A stretch of DNA of 64,000 nucleotides from assembly GCA_010093815.1 (NCBI GenBank), contig ML996569.1, one strand, 5' to 3'. The position numbers and the translations under genes are program-made. The notes below the pieces were generated by a model that saw only the letters and a program-made list of their open reading frames with translations, did no database searches and was not told the DNA's origin. Below, in pieces: positions 1 through 13,628 of this stretch; the stretch's first letter is position 1, and each line of letters starts with the position of its first letter. This stretch comes from Pseudovirgaria hyperparasitica (Eukaryota).

Positions 1-2295
1 AGGAGAGACCTAAATGATACTCCATATCCTTGCCACTATGCTGTGATCGCTCACCGAGGTAGGTGAGCCATAGCGCCTGGACGGTACCGTCTTCAGACAC
101 CAGTACGCCACTACCGCACTGCGACGCGAGTCCCGTGTCAACAGTGATGGCGTCCAGATTGATGGCACGGTATCTCGGAGTAGCCGCGCTGGCAGGAATC
201 GCAACAGTTGTGATATCGGTGACAGAAGTTTTAGCTATGACAGGTCGAAGATTTGTGTTGAAGCCGAAGAAGATTGTTTCTTCTCCCTGCTTCATGAAAT
301 CGGTCGATAGCTTTGGGGTTTTGACTGGGGCGTTGACCAATGATGTGTCATACTTTAGAATCGCATAGTTCTGGAGCGGATGCATGAAGACAACCTTGGC
401 CTCGATAATGATCGAGTCGGCAATCGTCAAAGTGATGTCGCACAGGTTGTATGGAACAAGGGCTCGAGAAACAATTACAAGACCTTGTTCAGCATCTACT
501 ACGAGGCCGTACCCGGTCTTCCTCGCTCGTGGAAACCCGTCGAGCTTGACCGGCATGGTCGCTGAGATCTTTACAAAGCTTCGAACGATATCATAAGCAT
601 TGGCATATGATTTATTGCTCGCCATCTTTACAAAGTTGGCCTTTCTTGGAACTGGCGGGACAGGCGGAATAGCGTCGGCAAGCTCTTTGAAATCCCACAA
701 GCCAGTCTTATCGTTCCTTGTCGCTAATCTCATCTTTGTGTTCCAGTGGCGATCAAGATAGACGATGCCAGTGTGGAGAGTGTGCAGGTCTCGCAAGTGC
801 TTGTACGTGATGACAACGCGCGCTTTGTCTGGTATAGCTTTCATGACTTGTATGAAGGTGTCAAGATCTGGAGTTGGTTTATTGTCAATTGTCTGGACCA
901 CCCAGCCAGAATCGCTGCCATCAAGCCTGAAAGAACCAGCGGATTCGCAAATGTAGACTCCAGCATCCTTCAGCGCAATGGCGTAGAGGCGGCCTTGTTG
1001 ATACGAAAGATCATGGAACGATGCCCCTGCGACAGACACAAAGCGGTCAGGAGTGATCGCGTGGAGGTCGCCGACATCGATTTCAACAGAAATGTTCTCG
1101 CCACCTCGTTGCACAAGAAGAGAGACTTTACCACCAACACTCTCGTCTAGAATTGAGTCCAACTGGACAAACTGTGTCAAAAGTTGCCCATTCACTTTCA
1201 CCAACAGGTCGCCTTCTTCCAATTTCTTGTCTGCAGGTCCCTTGGGCAGTACAACCTCAGCAACCAGCATGCCAGTCTCCTTGGGGAATGTTTTCCGTAC
1301 TTCCTTCTCCCAATCTTGCGTCAGTCCTAACCGCCGGCACTCGTCGAAAGCCTTCAGGAGCCATTGTACCTGTATAGTTCCCCGGGCGACCTCCTCGCCA
1401 TTCCGAATACAGTTCAAAGCTCTTAGGGGGCGATCCAAAGGCAAAAAGTAGTCTGTTGCAGCTCCATCTGACCTTCCACCAGCCTGTAGGGCCACTGCAT
1501 AGCCATCTTGATTTACCACAGGAGACCCAGAACTTCCACCGCTGGCAGCTGCAGCCGCTTGGATGTAGTTGGTGTTGAAATCGCTGTAGCCTTCACCGTA
1601 CTCCGGCGCATTCCTGTCCAGTCGACTGATAACTCCCGAAAGAATACTCAGCTTCTCTCCGGCGTCGTTACCGACGACTCGAATTTCTACACCAATTTTT
1701 GCTTGGTCCGGCCTCAACTCGAGCGCTTCCACTGGCATGTATTTGATGGCTTTGGGATCGAAGCGAAGGATTCCGAAATCGTGTACCGGATCGCGATAGA
1801 CAGGATGTACGTCGCATTCCTCATGGTTGTCGAAGATGCAATATCCCCAGAAAGGACCAGCACCTACAACATGCTACACACTATTAGTTTCGGTTCGACA
1901 CGGACGAAGCTTGATCTTACCCTGTTGGTAAGTATGAGACCCTTCTCTGCGTCCACCACGAATCCTGTAGCTTCGCTCGATATCGCCGCGTCCGTGTCAA
2001 ACGAGCACGTCTGACAGAAATGTATCGAGACCACGTTCTTGACAACCCTCTCTATAGTTTTTTGCCATTCGGCGGTATCCGCAGTAGCCGGTCCAATCGT
2101 AATCTCAGCTTCTGAGTCTGAGCCAGATTCGACTTCACTGGCGGGAGAAAATCCATTCGCTGGTAAGCCCTCAACAGCCATTTTGTTTCCGTTCTCTTCT
2201 GTAGCTGGTGCCTGAGGCTTTCGTTGCTTCATTGGCCGTTCAGGCGAACCGGTAGGAGGTAGTTTGCGTTTAGTACGTGCGTCTACGGAGTCCAT
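1..2295 (-). CDS. nma111: Pro-apoptotic HtrA-like nuclear serine protease Nma111 (3' end runs off window start)
   Basis: [11 protein letters not shown]... start; '[26 protein letters not shown]...[23 protein letters not shown]' joined across intron 1874..1920 (GTAAGA..TAG); GGSSGSP catalytic-serine motif encoded on the minus strand near 1524-1545. Confidence 0.93.
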
Positions 2296-3110
2296 GACGG
2301 TCGTGGTGAAATATCGTGAGATGGTAGGATTTTGAAGTGTGAAGGACGGCGCAACACTATTAGGCACTGGAGAAAGAAAGCGTCTGAGTCGGTAGTTTGA
2401 AGCAGAGAACAAGGGATAGCAGAACTGCGTAGCTTGTAAGCGACTAATAGAATTTATAGTTGCAAAACGAGGCCTCGCAGAAAGACAAAGTCCAACGTGC
2501 ATTCAGGTAGGCAAGGTAGCAGTGTGACGCTCCCTTGTTCCGACGCGGCAAAGAGAGAGGCAAATGAGTGAATGAGGAGCCCAAAGAACGGAGGTGGAAG
2601 AGTGAGAGACTGAAGCGGAGGTGAATGAGATGCGGTCGAGCTGTAGGTGGAATGGGTTCACAGAGATGCGGGTCGAAAAAGCATTCGCGCGGCTCGGAAG
2701 AGGTTGCAGGGATCTGTCGCAGGGATTTACAGCCCGCCTTCAAGGTGCTATCACCATATGTACCATGCTACTAACGCCACCGCTTAAAGGTAGCTCATGC
2801 AATTGAACTTAATGTATTAGGCGGAGGCGTTGTTGGTTGCAGCATCGCTGGTCCTGAGCTTGTTTTAATGTCACTCTACGTATCTTTGGCTGTCTTCCAG
2901 AAAGATCAGTCAACCATACTCAAACACGATGCGAACATGCACAATGCACTTAGAGGTTGTGAGATCTATAAAGGCAGCGTGTCTCAATGAATACATATAT
3001 GTCCCCTTATAATGGTTGCAAGCTTACTATAGCTTCGATGTGGCTCTAGTAGAGTATCTGAGGTCGAGTTGACTGCTTGTGTTCAACGCAACGTTGTCAT
3101 TCGGTGCAAA

Positions 3111-3673
3111 TCAGACATCTTCACCGGTCACGTCTTGGTCTGCTTCGCGCTTGATTTCCTTAGCCTTGGCCTTTGTCTTCTTGACCGCGCCTTTGCTCGC
3201 TATAGCGGAGCGCTTCTTGCCTTTGGGCTCCTCTTCAACATCCTCCTTGACATCCTCGTCGTCGTCGACGTCTTCAAGTGCCTTGCTCCGCTTGCGACCC
3301 TGCTTAGCATTGGTATCGGGAAAGGTCGCAGTCTTAAGGATGTCTGCGACCTCATCCTTATGCTTGGTTCGCAAGGCTCCGTACATTCGCTCACAAGCTA
3401 TTCTGGAGCGACCTGCGGGGACGGGCGCGTTGGCCCAGGTGATCTTCGATCCCGAGTGTTCCAAAAGAATCAACATGAACGTGATCTGCTACTAATGTCA
3501 GATACTAGTCAATAATATGCGAACGCTATTTAATGCAAGTCGTCGACATCATATAGGTACACATGCTGCTGTACTCAAAATGAAGGCCACAACTATCAAT
3601 CGAACGGTTTACTGACCTTCTCGGTATCAGTCCAAGCCTTCTTACTAGACACTTCACCGGTGCGTGGCGCCAT
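3111..3673 (-). CDS. Small Myb/SANT-like, Lys-rich hypothetical protein
   Basis: ATG 3673 MAPRTGEVSSKKAWTDTEK, intron 3486..3616 (GTCAGT..CAG), then ITFMLILLEHSGSKITWANAPVPAGRSRIACERMY; W..W..GRS spacing typical of fungal Myb-like domains; acidic/basic tail. Confidence 0.65.
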
Positions 3674-4245
3674 CCTAGAATTCAACTCAGCTTAGCTCAA
3701 GGTTATAGTCATCATAGTCCAAGGACACGTACTCGAATGTTTAATGATCTAGGTTAGAACAGTGACCAACGTCAAGATCGTGTAGTTGTATGTTGGAGTG
3801 GGCGAGGAGGGTGACTGTGAGAAAGATCTTAGATATAGACAGGACGGAGCTGAGCCATATCACGCGTGCGGGGTTAAGTGAAGTGAACAAGACGCTGAAA
3901 TAATATGTGTTTATAGTGAGAGATCGGCTATTGTATAACTCACGCATACAGCCACACGACTGTCAATCACGGCCCTATCCCCTTCCAATCGGTCTTGAGA
4001 TCTTACTCTCCTCTACCAGTCCGCTCTCCTTTACAGATGCTGGGGATAGAGATTGTATGGACATACGATATGGCTCCTGCGTCTGCCATACAATTCCTTC
4101 TAGGTGATATGCTCGACTGTGTGGGCATTGGTGACACTTTTGTCTAGATGTCGTAATCTTTATACATGATAGGTCAGTCATGCCGGGCATTCGTGACCTG
4201 ACGCCCTCGCCGCGGACATGGACCACTGACCGTCAGAATCACCTA

Positions 4246-4879
4246 TCATTCCAGCTGGTCCAGATGCGCCAGTCTTGTCAATACAACCTGCTTACTCGTC
4301 TCTTCGATCTCTCCAGCTAGGAACACCTCGTCCAGAATGGCGTATACCTGGTTATAGGTATTAGCATAGTCCGCTGGAATTGGCACCGCCTTCGAGTCTC
4401 CCCTCAAGCGCTAGAGACGAACCTTGAAGAAGTTGAATACCAAATCCAGCTCACACACGTTCCCAAAGAAGGCATCCAAGACCTCGACGAAAAAATGGAT
4501 TGCCTCCAGATAGGCCAGTTCGTTATCGTTCGTGTCGACGCATGCGCAGAAGAACAGTCCGGCATACCTCCGGTAGACGATCTTGGATGTATTGCGAAAT
4601 TCGACGAAGTTGGACTGGTGCTTCTGATCGCGCGGTGCGATCAGACGATGCACCTCACCCTTCAGCTTGACCTTTTCTTCGTCCTAGGGATTCATGAGCC
4701 TTGCTGTCAGGGGCTGCGTGGCATGCGCGTGGGTAGGACGAGGGGCTTACGCTGTAAGGAGCGTACCATTTGGCAAGGCGAGTTTTGCCTCTGGGGAAGA
4801 TCAGTCATTGCGCAAGAACGTATGAGCAGACATTAGGTACTCACTGCCGGTTTTGAATTAGTATAAAGGAGAGCACCAT
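4246..4879 (-). CDS. aps2: AP-2 clathrin adaptor complex sigma subunit
   Basis: [21 protein letters not shown]...[70 protein letters not shown]; introns 4791..4844, 4684..4750, 4348..4422. Confidence 0.96.
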
Positions 4880-6843
4880 GGCGCCGCCAGTTTTGTGTTC
4901 AAATGTATGAGGCCGGGCAGGCTGCGGAGATGTCGGAGGTTTGGTGATTGCGCAGTAAACAGCCGACCGTAAAAGAGACTAGGTACGGCGGGCTAAACTA
5001 ATCCTTGTAGCTGTCATTCGGTAGGGCTCAGGAGAGCAGATAGGGGAAGGAGGTTCTCAACAGCATCAGATATTCCGCGTTCCTGTACTGTACTTCAAGG
5101 AAATTTAGTATGCAACTCATCTATTAAGTAATCTCCATCTCCGCAGGCTATGGTAAGTAATTACGACGATAAGTGACGAAACGAATCGTCAGGAACTTGC
5201 GAAGAGGAGAGCACAAGGTTGGCTTTTGACGTAACATAACTCATCTTGCTTCTCGCGTGCCTATCTATAAATCATTGGGGTGTCAGATGTTAGACAACTG
5301 GCTGGAATGGCAAAGCAATCTTAATGCACCATCAGTACCTCTTTTTTCTGCGAATATTCCGCCGTTTCGAATCGGGTGTATTCAAGAAGCTGTGGCATTC
5401 TATGACAGTGCATACGAGCGCATATGTAAATCACGCATCTAGTATCCTACCAAAGAAAGCAAAGGAGACACAGACAGTACAGGTAGTAGTATCATGTATG
5501 TGGTGGTATGCACACTATGATGGACAAGTCGGACGAGTACCGGCACAGCACAGCACGAGACACACGAGAATAGAAACACAAGCACTCTCTCCCAATGTTC
5601 GATGGAGAGCGGATGCCACGTGAAATTAATAGCCGACCGAGCAGGGCTTAATGCAGACAACTACGTCAGGTACCCGTGCACCTAGCATTGTAGGCCCAGA
5701 CGGAGGTGTAACAAGTGTTGGCAACTGTACGTGACCCATAAGTTGTGACGAAAGGCATATCGATTAGCATGCATCAATCCAATCCAACCACCCGGATTGA
5801 AGAGAGATGGATAGGGAATGGAGAGAGGGTTTGGGGGTGGTGTTGGTGGTGATCACAATCTCCAGGGGCGCCCTCCCAACTTTCAAACAGGCGCCCCGGA
5901 CTGAGTGTAATTTCGGCAGAGAGAACCCCCCGATGCATGGCACAGTGCAGGTGATGATTGAATCATTGATCTATTTAGCACTTTTGATTTGATGGCGCGT
6001 CGAATCGAAAACGGCCGTCGCCCCAATCGGGAATGGTGGAAGAGCTTGCGCAGGTACAGGAGAAAATTCTGGTGTGTTATTGGCTGCATCGCTCATAGAC
6101 CGACTGGCATACCTTAAGGTTGACGTTCCTGGCTAAACCTTAGCTGGACAGAGCAACATGGGCTATCATAGTATCATACTATTCACGACTTACTGACTGG
6201 CTGGACTGGGCTGGCCTGTCCTTGCGCCCGTCCAAGTCCAGCTTCGAACGGCCTGGGGGGACAATCCTCAGGTGTTGGTGGTAGTGATGGTGGGTGGTAT
6301 TGTATGTAGTTAGTTAGTTCACTTACCTTAGGGCTTCTCCGGGCCTCGGGGAACACTGGGGCTGCCTGAGCCGCTGCTGAAGGTCGCCCGTCTCGTCTGG
6401 TGGTCCCTGGAATTCACCTCACCTCATTTCTTCCCTCTCTCTCTCCCTTCCTTTCTCTCCTTCGTCAACTGTCATCGCCCTCCTCTACTGCAACCTCGCC
6501 GTCGCCGTCGCTGCGAGTCTCGTCGAGTCTCACTGCCTGACCGACCTTGTCGTCCTTCTTTTATCGACAATCATCGCGACCTGTCACTCTTTTTCGCTTT
6601 TCCGAAAGCTAATTCACTCTTTGTTTGTTTGTTTGCCTTGAAGGAATCACTGACGTGCGCCACGCCTATCCTCGAGAATATAGCAAACATTGGATCACTC
6701 AATACATCTGTCTTTTCACGTCGTCGCTGTTACCTCACTCCGTTCTATACCGCGCATACTCGGGCATCCAACTTTCGTTACTCTCGTGGAAGAGCATTGG
6801 CGACACACGCTATATTGCGCGCCGAGCTTGATACCTCCACACC

Positions 6844-8798
6844 ATGGCTCACGGAAACCACCACCATGCGCACTTGAGGCATGGAAAACGTCAGATCCAG
6901 CTCCCTCGCGTTCCTGATCCGCAGGACATTGTAAACGCCGTCGAGACAGGTATGCATACACCTTTGATCGCGTCAGAGTGTTCACGCTAACAGCTGTGCT
7001 AGTGGTTCAGATTGTGTATGAGACAGGTACTACGAAGTGACGTGTGGTTAGTGGACCAAGTACTGATTCTTTGTGTAGCTGCACAAAACTTCGATGGTCC
7101 TGCTACCTTGTGAGTGTAGCCTACGTCTGTTCGTACCGTTCGTTGCTTAACAGTCGCAGTGTCACCCCGACCATCATGGTTGGTCCCCCAGTCCAGCAGA
7201 CCCAACAGCCAGAAGCGAAACCAACGGATAGTCCCAGCGATGAGAACAACAACCAGGACACTGCGCCCTCGAAAGCGCAGACTTCAGCAGACAGTGTGCC
7301 AACCGTCATCTCAGCTCCCGTCAGCGATATCACCCCATCTGCTACAGACCTGCTCTTTGATGGACCTCACGCGACATCCGTTTCATCCTCTGCCGGTCTA
7401 GCTTCCGATGCCACTGCAGCACCTTCGTCTACAACAAGCGCCGCTGCCTCTTCATCAAGCGGTGGCATGTCAGCCGCTGGTACTGCAGGTCTCGTCATCG
7501 GTGTCCTGCTCTTGGCGGGTGCCGCTTTAGCGTTCATTCTGTTCTGCATCAAGAGAAAGAAGAGAGATGCCCAGAAGGCGCGCCAGCCCATTGACGATGA
7601 GGACAATGAAAAGAACGACTTCTTGGGTGCTGCTCCATCTCCCAACATTGGTGGCAGTAGCGCAAGCGTTCGAACTGCTCGTACCCACACCGAAGCGCCG
7701 CGTCTGAGTTTGCGACCTGTCACTGAATTCGACCCAGCTCTGGAGGAGAAGCGTAGAAGTGCGGCGAACGCCCTCGAGATGGCTTCGGCTCCTACTGCTG
7801 GTGGCATGCTTGCTCCTGCGGCAAAACCCACCATCAGCGCCTGGGAACGACGAGGTGCCGAAAAACATCAGCAGTCGAATCCATTCTCTGATCCTGTCAA
7901 TCCTTTTGGCAACGATGCCGCTACTTCTAATGAAGCCACTCGTTCTCCAACTGGCCCGCTACCGGACAGTCCCTCTGACCAATCCAATACCCTCGTGGAC
8001 AACAGCGACGTCGCTACTGGAGTTGCTGCCGGTGTTGCTGCTGGGGCTGCTGCCGGTGCTGCTGCGGCTGTTGCTGCTCGGAAACCCCTCCCATCTCAGA
8101 CAGAGCAGTCCACGGGCGCCACGCAAGAAAAGCCCATCGTGGAGAGACGCCCAGTTCCTGAGCAGTCAGGTCCCGATCCAACTTGGGTAGAAGATGTCCC
8201 TGCTTCACCCGGGCCAGCTCCTACCGGACCACCACCTGTGGTTGCTCTTGCAAATGGCTCCGCACCCGACAACGTTCATCGCGTCCAGCTAGACTTCAAG
8301 CCATCGATGGACGACGAATTGGAAATCCGCGCTGGTCAATTGGTCCGCATGCTCCACGAATACGACGATGGCTGGGCTCTGTGTATACGCATGGATCGCT
8401 CGCGTCAAGGTGTTGTACCCCGTAGCTGCTTGTCTAAAATGCCCGTGAAGCCTCGACAAGGTCCCCCACCTCAGATGCGACGCCCAGGACCTCCTCGTGG
8501 TCCAACAGGTCCAGGTGTGCCACGTCCTTTGACTCCTAGTAGCGGCCGCAACTCGCCTGCGCATGGTCGTCCCATGTCTCCAGCCGGTCGTACTAGAGCC
8601 AATAGCAACGTCCAGCAGCGTTCGATGTCCCCTGGACCTTACGGTGGTGGACCCCAACAGATGCGCCCTCAGCCAGACGGTCGTCGTCGCTCTAATTCCG
8701 CCACTGCAATGCAAGCACGTCGTCAATCTCCGCCAAGCCCATTGAACCCTTCCTCCCAATCGCCTGAAACAAAGCCTGTGCCAGGCATGGCTCTTTAA
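6844..8798 (+). CDS. Single-pass membrane protein with S/T-rich ectodomain and cytoplasmic SH3 domain (Fus1-like architecture)
   Basis: ATG 6844; introns 6950..7002, 7027..7078, 7110..7159 join in frame; TM helix AGLVIGVLLLAGAALAFILFCI followed by KRKKR; SH3 'VHRVQLDFKPSMDDELEIRAGQLVRMLHEYDDGWALCIRMDRSRQGVVPRSCLS'; Pro-rich tail. Confidence 0.88.
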
Positions 8799-9907
8799 GA
8801 ACACTCTTTCAGCTTAACAGCTACCGAGCTGTCCGTCATGCACAGGCGAGAAAGATTGGCTAGGTACATGTGCTTTACGAGAGACGCCCATGGAGTTCTA
8901 TCGGACCATTGATTCCCCTTCAACAACCCGCTTTAGCAATACCCACTTTCGACAACAACGAATTTTCTTTGCGAGCTTGCTCGCTTACGCTCTCTACACT
9001 GCAGCCTGCAGCAGGCTGATTATTGGCCTTGAAGCTCGGCTCGCGACTATTTCTCTGCAAGTGCTACCAGAAGGTCACAATTTCCTTACAGCTTCTCGAC
9101 CTATAGTATCGAACGAATCGATAATGTTTTTTATGGCGGTCAGTGAGTGCGTTTTTTTCGAGAAGCGATTTTATGCAGATTCCTCTCTCCGCGGTCTTCT
9201 GCTACCCTAGCTCTTGTCATCACCACTCTAGTAGTCACTGTGGTGGAAGTCTCCTCGTGTGGCTTTAGAGGCGGAAGGGGGGCAGGTTATATTTTCTAGG
9301 GGAGGAAAGGCTCGTTGCTCTCTCTCTCTCTCTCTATGCACACTTTGAAAACTTTAGTTGAGAATATCAATCAATCATGTATGTGTAGTAGCTAGGTAGA
9401 TGATGGGCCGCCATATTCTCATAGCAGCGAGAAATGTATCATAGTGTCTGTGTGCTGTGTGTGTCTGTGTGTGTATTGACCTGAATCTGCCTGCTTATTA
9501 CACAACAAACTACAAATTATCAAAGATTAACGAGGAATGCACGTGTGACTTTTCATTTGTGATTATTTGTTTTCTCTCTTGCTGTATATCGCCAGTTAGC
9601 TAGCTAGCTAATTAGGTGTGCGATTTCCCGAATGTGTTGTGGAGTCTTTTCGATATTTTGTCTTTGTTATATCGTGGCTTGCGTACTGGGAGAGAACTAC
9701 ACAGATGAGCAAGGAGCTCCTGTCTCTCTGTCTCTACATGTGTATTTATACACCTAGCAGCCATTACGCTATCCAGCACCCGGCTCGCTCTCCTTCCACG
9801 TCCACAGCCCGGCCCCCTAAATCGCATCCTCTGACCCATCCATCAACTCATCAACCCCTCGACCCCTCAACCCCTCAATCCCAAACCACCCAACCCAACC
9901 CAACCCC

Positions 9908-11772
9908 TCAAAACCCAACCGGCCTAGCCCCCGACAAATTAACCACCATCCCGGGTCCAAACCTCTGCGCGCCACCACCAGCACCACGACCGCCATTAGC
10001 AACAACAGCCTCATCGCGTTTCCAGCCCGGCACATCGGCATCACAGCGCGCGACAAGCGCCGCGTAAACAGGGGGAAAGCCATTCTTCAGCGCGCCGCCC
10101 TCGCGTCGAGCACCAGACAGGGCTAGTTTCTTGCCGCGGTGCGACATGTAGCCGTTGAGTAGGCCCTGCTGCATTAGACTGGCGGCTAGAGCCTCGATTT
10201 CGGGGACGTCGGGTAAGGGGGGGCGGTTGTGCGGGAGGAGGGTTGTGTTGTTGGGTTTGTTGTTGTTGTTGCTGGTGGTGGTGGTGGTGGTGGTGGTGGT
10301 GGGGCTTTCGTCGTGTAGGTCGGCGTGCACGAAGCGGTTTTTGGACCATGGGATGGCGGCAAAGTCTTCGGGGCCGTGGAGGGCGGTGGTGGGGCCGAAG
10401 ATGTGGTTTAGGTTGCGGACGCCGGCGGGTTCCTGGGGTACCTGGCTCTGGGGGCGGAGGGCGCGGACTTCGAGCCAGGCGAAGAGGCGGGCTGTAATAG
10501 CGAGGTCGAGGTTCGGGGGTTTCTGGGCGGTCGGGTCGCCTGGGTCGCCGAAGAGGATGAAGATTTTGCGGAGGAGTGTGCGGTGGACGAGAACGAGGGC
10601 GGTGCGACGGAGGGGGAGGAGAAGGGCGTGTCTGTAGAGCCATTGGGCTGGGGGCGAGGGGTGGAGCGTGGGGTCGTTGAGGAGGGAGAGCGAGGTGAGG
10701 CGACGGAAGCGCTCGAGGTGGCCTTTGCGAATGGTGTCGATGAGGGGGCTGAATTTGGAGTGTAGGCCTCGGGCTTCAGGGAGTGCGTAGCAGGCGTGAG
10801 TTGGGAACCGGCCCAGGGTGATGTTGCTTGTTATGAGGTGGATGAGAATGGCGCGGCGTTGTCTGGGGTAGTATGATGGCGTTTGGTCAAATGCGGATTG
10901 CAGGGCGAGGGATGCACGGTAGAAGTGGCCGGTGGAGAAGTGGAAACGACCGAGATAGTATAGATATGTGACACGCTCGGCTGCGGGATAGAGGGACAGT
11001 GGAGGAGAGGCGTTTTGGATGTTGTTGAAGATTTGCTCGGTGGCGCCGACCTTCTTGGCTGCGAAGAGGACTTTTAGACATGTGTTAGCGATGGTATAAA
11101 TCGCTGCTTTCTTGCCCTCTGGCCGTCCACCTTTGACAGGTGTCCGGTCGTTCAAGCAGGTTGTGAAGATAACGCGTACTGTGTTCGCCGCTCTTTCGGG
11201 CAGCGACTCTGAAGTTCCATCTTCAGCAATCATGCGCGGTATGTCGTTCCGTTTGTCCAGCAGTATCGAAAACGACGTGAGTGTCTTGCAGTAGCCCACA
11301 GCTGTCGGTAAGATGATTTCACCAAATGCAGGACTGCTCAAGGCACCGTTGGTCCTCCTATATACATGTCAGCGGATACTTCCCTCGTGATGAAAATCTT
11401 AACCCACCCAACAAGCTCACTCAGCAAGTCGTATGCGCCCTTGATATCGTTTCCGTCCACATCTCGTATGTAGGCCAGGTATTGTGCCATGAATTTCGTA
11501 AACGCACCCCAGGTTACATCATCAACCCCCTGCGAAGCTATTGGCAACAGCGCAGCGCATCTCATCTCCAGTTTAGGATCCAGTGTCGACCATTGGCCAT
11601 CAGGTGGCTCTGTTCGTGGATATGCTTGCCGTAGTTCGGCGATCATCTGGTTATAGTCGTTTGCGAAAGGAGGTTCAATGAGTAGCCAAGCCTGGAGTTG
11701 TGCTCCATCTCGGGCAGCAATGAGGTTGTTGACTCCCTTCAGGAACTCGGTGACTTTGGGTCCAGAATCCAT
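9908..11772 (-). CDS. csn12: PCI-domain protein, CSN12/PCID2 (Thp1-like) family; start may lie further upstream (ATG 12612)
   Basis: MDSGPKVTEFLKGVNNLIAARDGAQLQAWLLIEPP...; intron 11358..11407; conserved 'FTTCLNDRT...GKKAAIYTIANTCLKVLF' and 'RVTYLYYLGRFHF'; C-terminal 'LMQQGLLNGYMSH'. Confidence 0.85.
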
Positions 11773-12957
11773 GGCTGGGAGTCCAAAAGACGAAGTGGAA
11801 GAACGCCAGGGACCAGCCCCAGAGGAGAAAGGATTCGCTAAAGCTGATGTATTTTGCGTCTGGTCACCTATCCATGGATTACTCTCGTCAGGTGGAAAAG
11901 ACCACCAAGAATCTGGTAGCGTAGAACAGATGTTGGGAAAAGCCTGGTTGCCGCCAATAACTCCGAAACAATTGCTTGCTGCAGCCGACACTTCGGGCTC
12001 CACGTCCGGCAAATCTATTTCTGGAGTTTCCAGTCGCAAGACAGAACTGTAGCTGTAGTCCGACGCACAGTCACTGTATTCTGAGTCTGGTAACTCGATA
12101 TTCCCAGCCCAGTCAACAGCAAAATTGCCCACTGAGGTTGACCGTATCTCACCGCACTTGCAATGCTTTTCGAGCTCCTTGTATACAAACTCGCAAAAGT
12201 AGGCTGCTAGCTTGTACACTCCCGACCTCTTGATATGCCCTTGTGGTGCCTGATTATTCCAGAATGTGTTGAACCAGGTATCGCGATACTGTTCCGGGAC
12301 GAGTGGACGGGGCTTGTCAAGGTCGTATACCGTGGGTTTGACGGTCGCGATGAACTGTTCGGCAGACAGTCCGGTCGATGGTATATGCAATTGGCTTTTC
12401 AGTCGCCGCTTCGCGTTCTTAATTGTGCTGCGCAATTCGTGGTCGCGTCGTTGCGCATCACTCCGGCGGCTTTTGCTGGTTTTGGAGCTTGGGCCTCTTG
12501 GTCCGGCAGCTCCTCCAGTTCGCGCTAGGCAGTTTTCGGCATAAGACTCAGACCAATCTGTCGCTTTGCCTGGTCCATGATTATAAACATACCCTCGCTT
12601 GTTCGTAGGCATCTTTGTCAGAAGTCTGCTGTGTGTGCTTTGGATATAGAATGAGGATAAGCAGCGCAGTTCGTCCATGAAGTACAAACTATGAGGTTCC
12701 TTTGTTCGTCGAAAGAATGTGACCCGTGCGGCAATATATGAGCAAGCATGCTTATTGGAATGCGCCTCTCGGGTCAAACAGACACAATTTAGCAGCAAGG
12801 TCACAGTCCTTGTGCACACGTCCGTGGCGTAGCAAGTATTTGACGTCCTGTTCTCATAATTTATCGCTGTATGTACAAAGCATTTCATTTTGGTGTCAGG
12901 CGCCTCCTTGGCGATCCTGTCTTCCATTAGGAGATCATTTCTATACTAACCAAGCAT

Positions 12958-13628
12958 CTACAGAGAGCCAGAGGCAGCCCATCCTTGCAGTTCAGACTCG
13001 CTCAAGTAGCGCAGCTTGTTGACGCTCGCAGCCTCGCCGGTGGCCACACCCTTGGCAAACTCAATGGCGCCACCAATGACAGTTCTCCGACTGATGGCGT
13101 ACTGAGCAGTCTTCGCCTTGACCCTAATCACACCAATACGAGGGTCGTTTGGACCACCGTCATGTTTGCCATCGCCAAGGTCGCCGAGCCATGCCTTGAG
13201 GGCAGGGGAGTAGTGCTTCTGAACAACAGCTCGGTCGGTCTCGACCGAAGCGGTGCCGGAGATAGACGCCCACTCACCCGAGGGATTGAGGAAAGCAAGG
13301 TTGATGGCCGCATCGTTGGTCAAATCGTCCGTCTTACCGGTCTCGGTATTGGTATGGAAGATGAGTTCGGTACCGTTCTTCTCCTGTAGCACGAGTCAAT
13401 ATGTTGTAGAGGGGTTGATCTGTTATAAGGTCTTACCTTTCCAGCCAGCGCCATGCAGCGACTGACTAGCAAGCCAGTCTCGCTATCCTTGGTGGTCATC
13501 ATGCAGAACTTGCTCTTGTCGGCGAAGGTGATGAGGTCCTTGACCTTCTCGTCTAACGAAGGCTCCTCCTTGTTCTTCTCCTTGTAGGGATCTGGGTTGG
13601 CAGCATCGGAATTGCTAAAAGTAGACAT
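12958..13628 (-). CDS. bli-3: Blue-light-inducible protein Bli-3 (pyridoxamine 5'-phosphate oxidase-like fold)
   Basis: MSTFSNSDAANPDPYKEKN...KFCMMTT...SRCMALAGK | EKNGTELIFHTNTETGKTDDL...AWLGDLGDGKHDGGPNDPRIG; intron 13384..13436. Confidence 0.88.

Noticed and set aside
7044..7159. ORF-track start for the SH3 protein
   Set aside because: It runs through two introns; the spliced model from ATG 6844 fits canonical splice signals better
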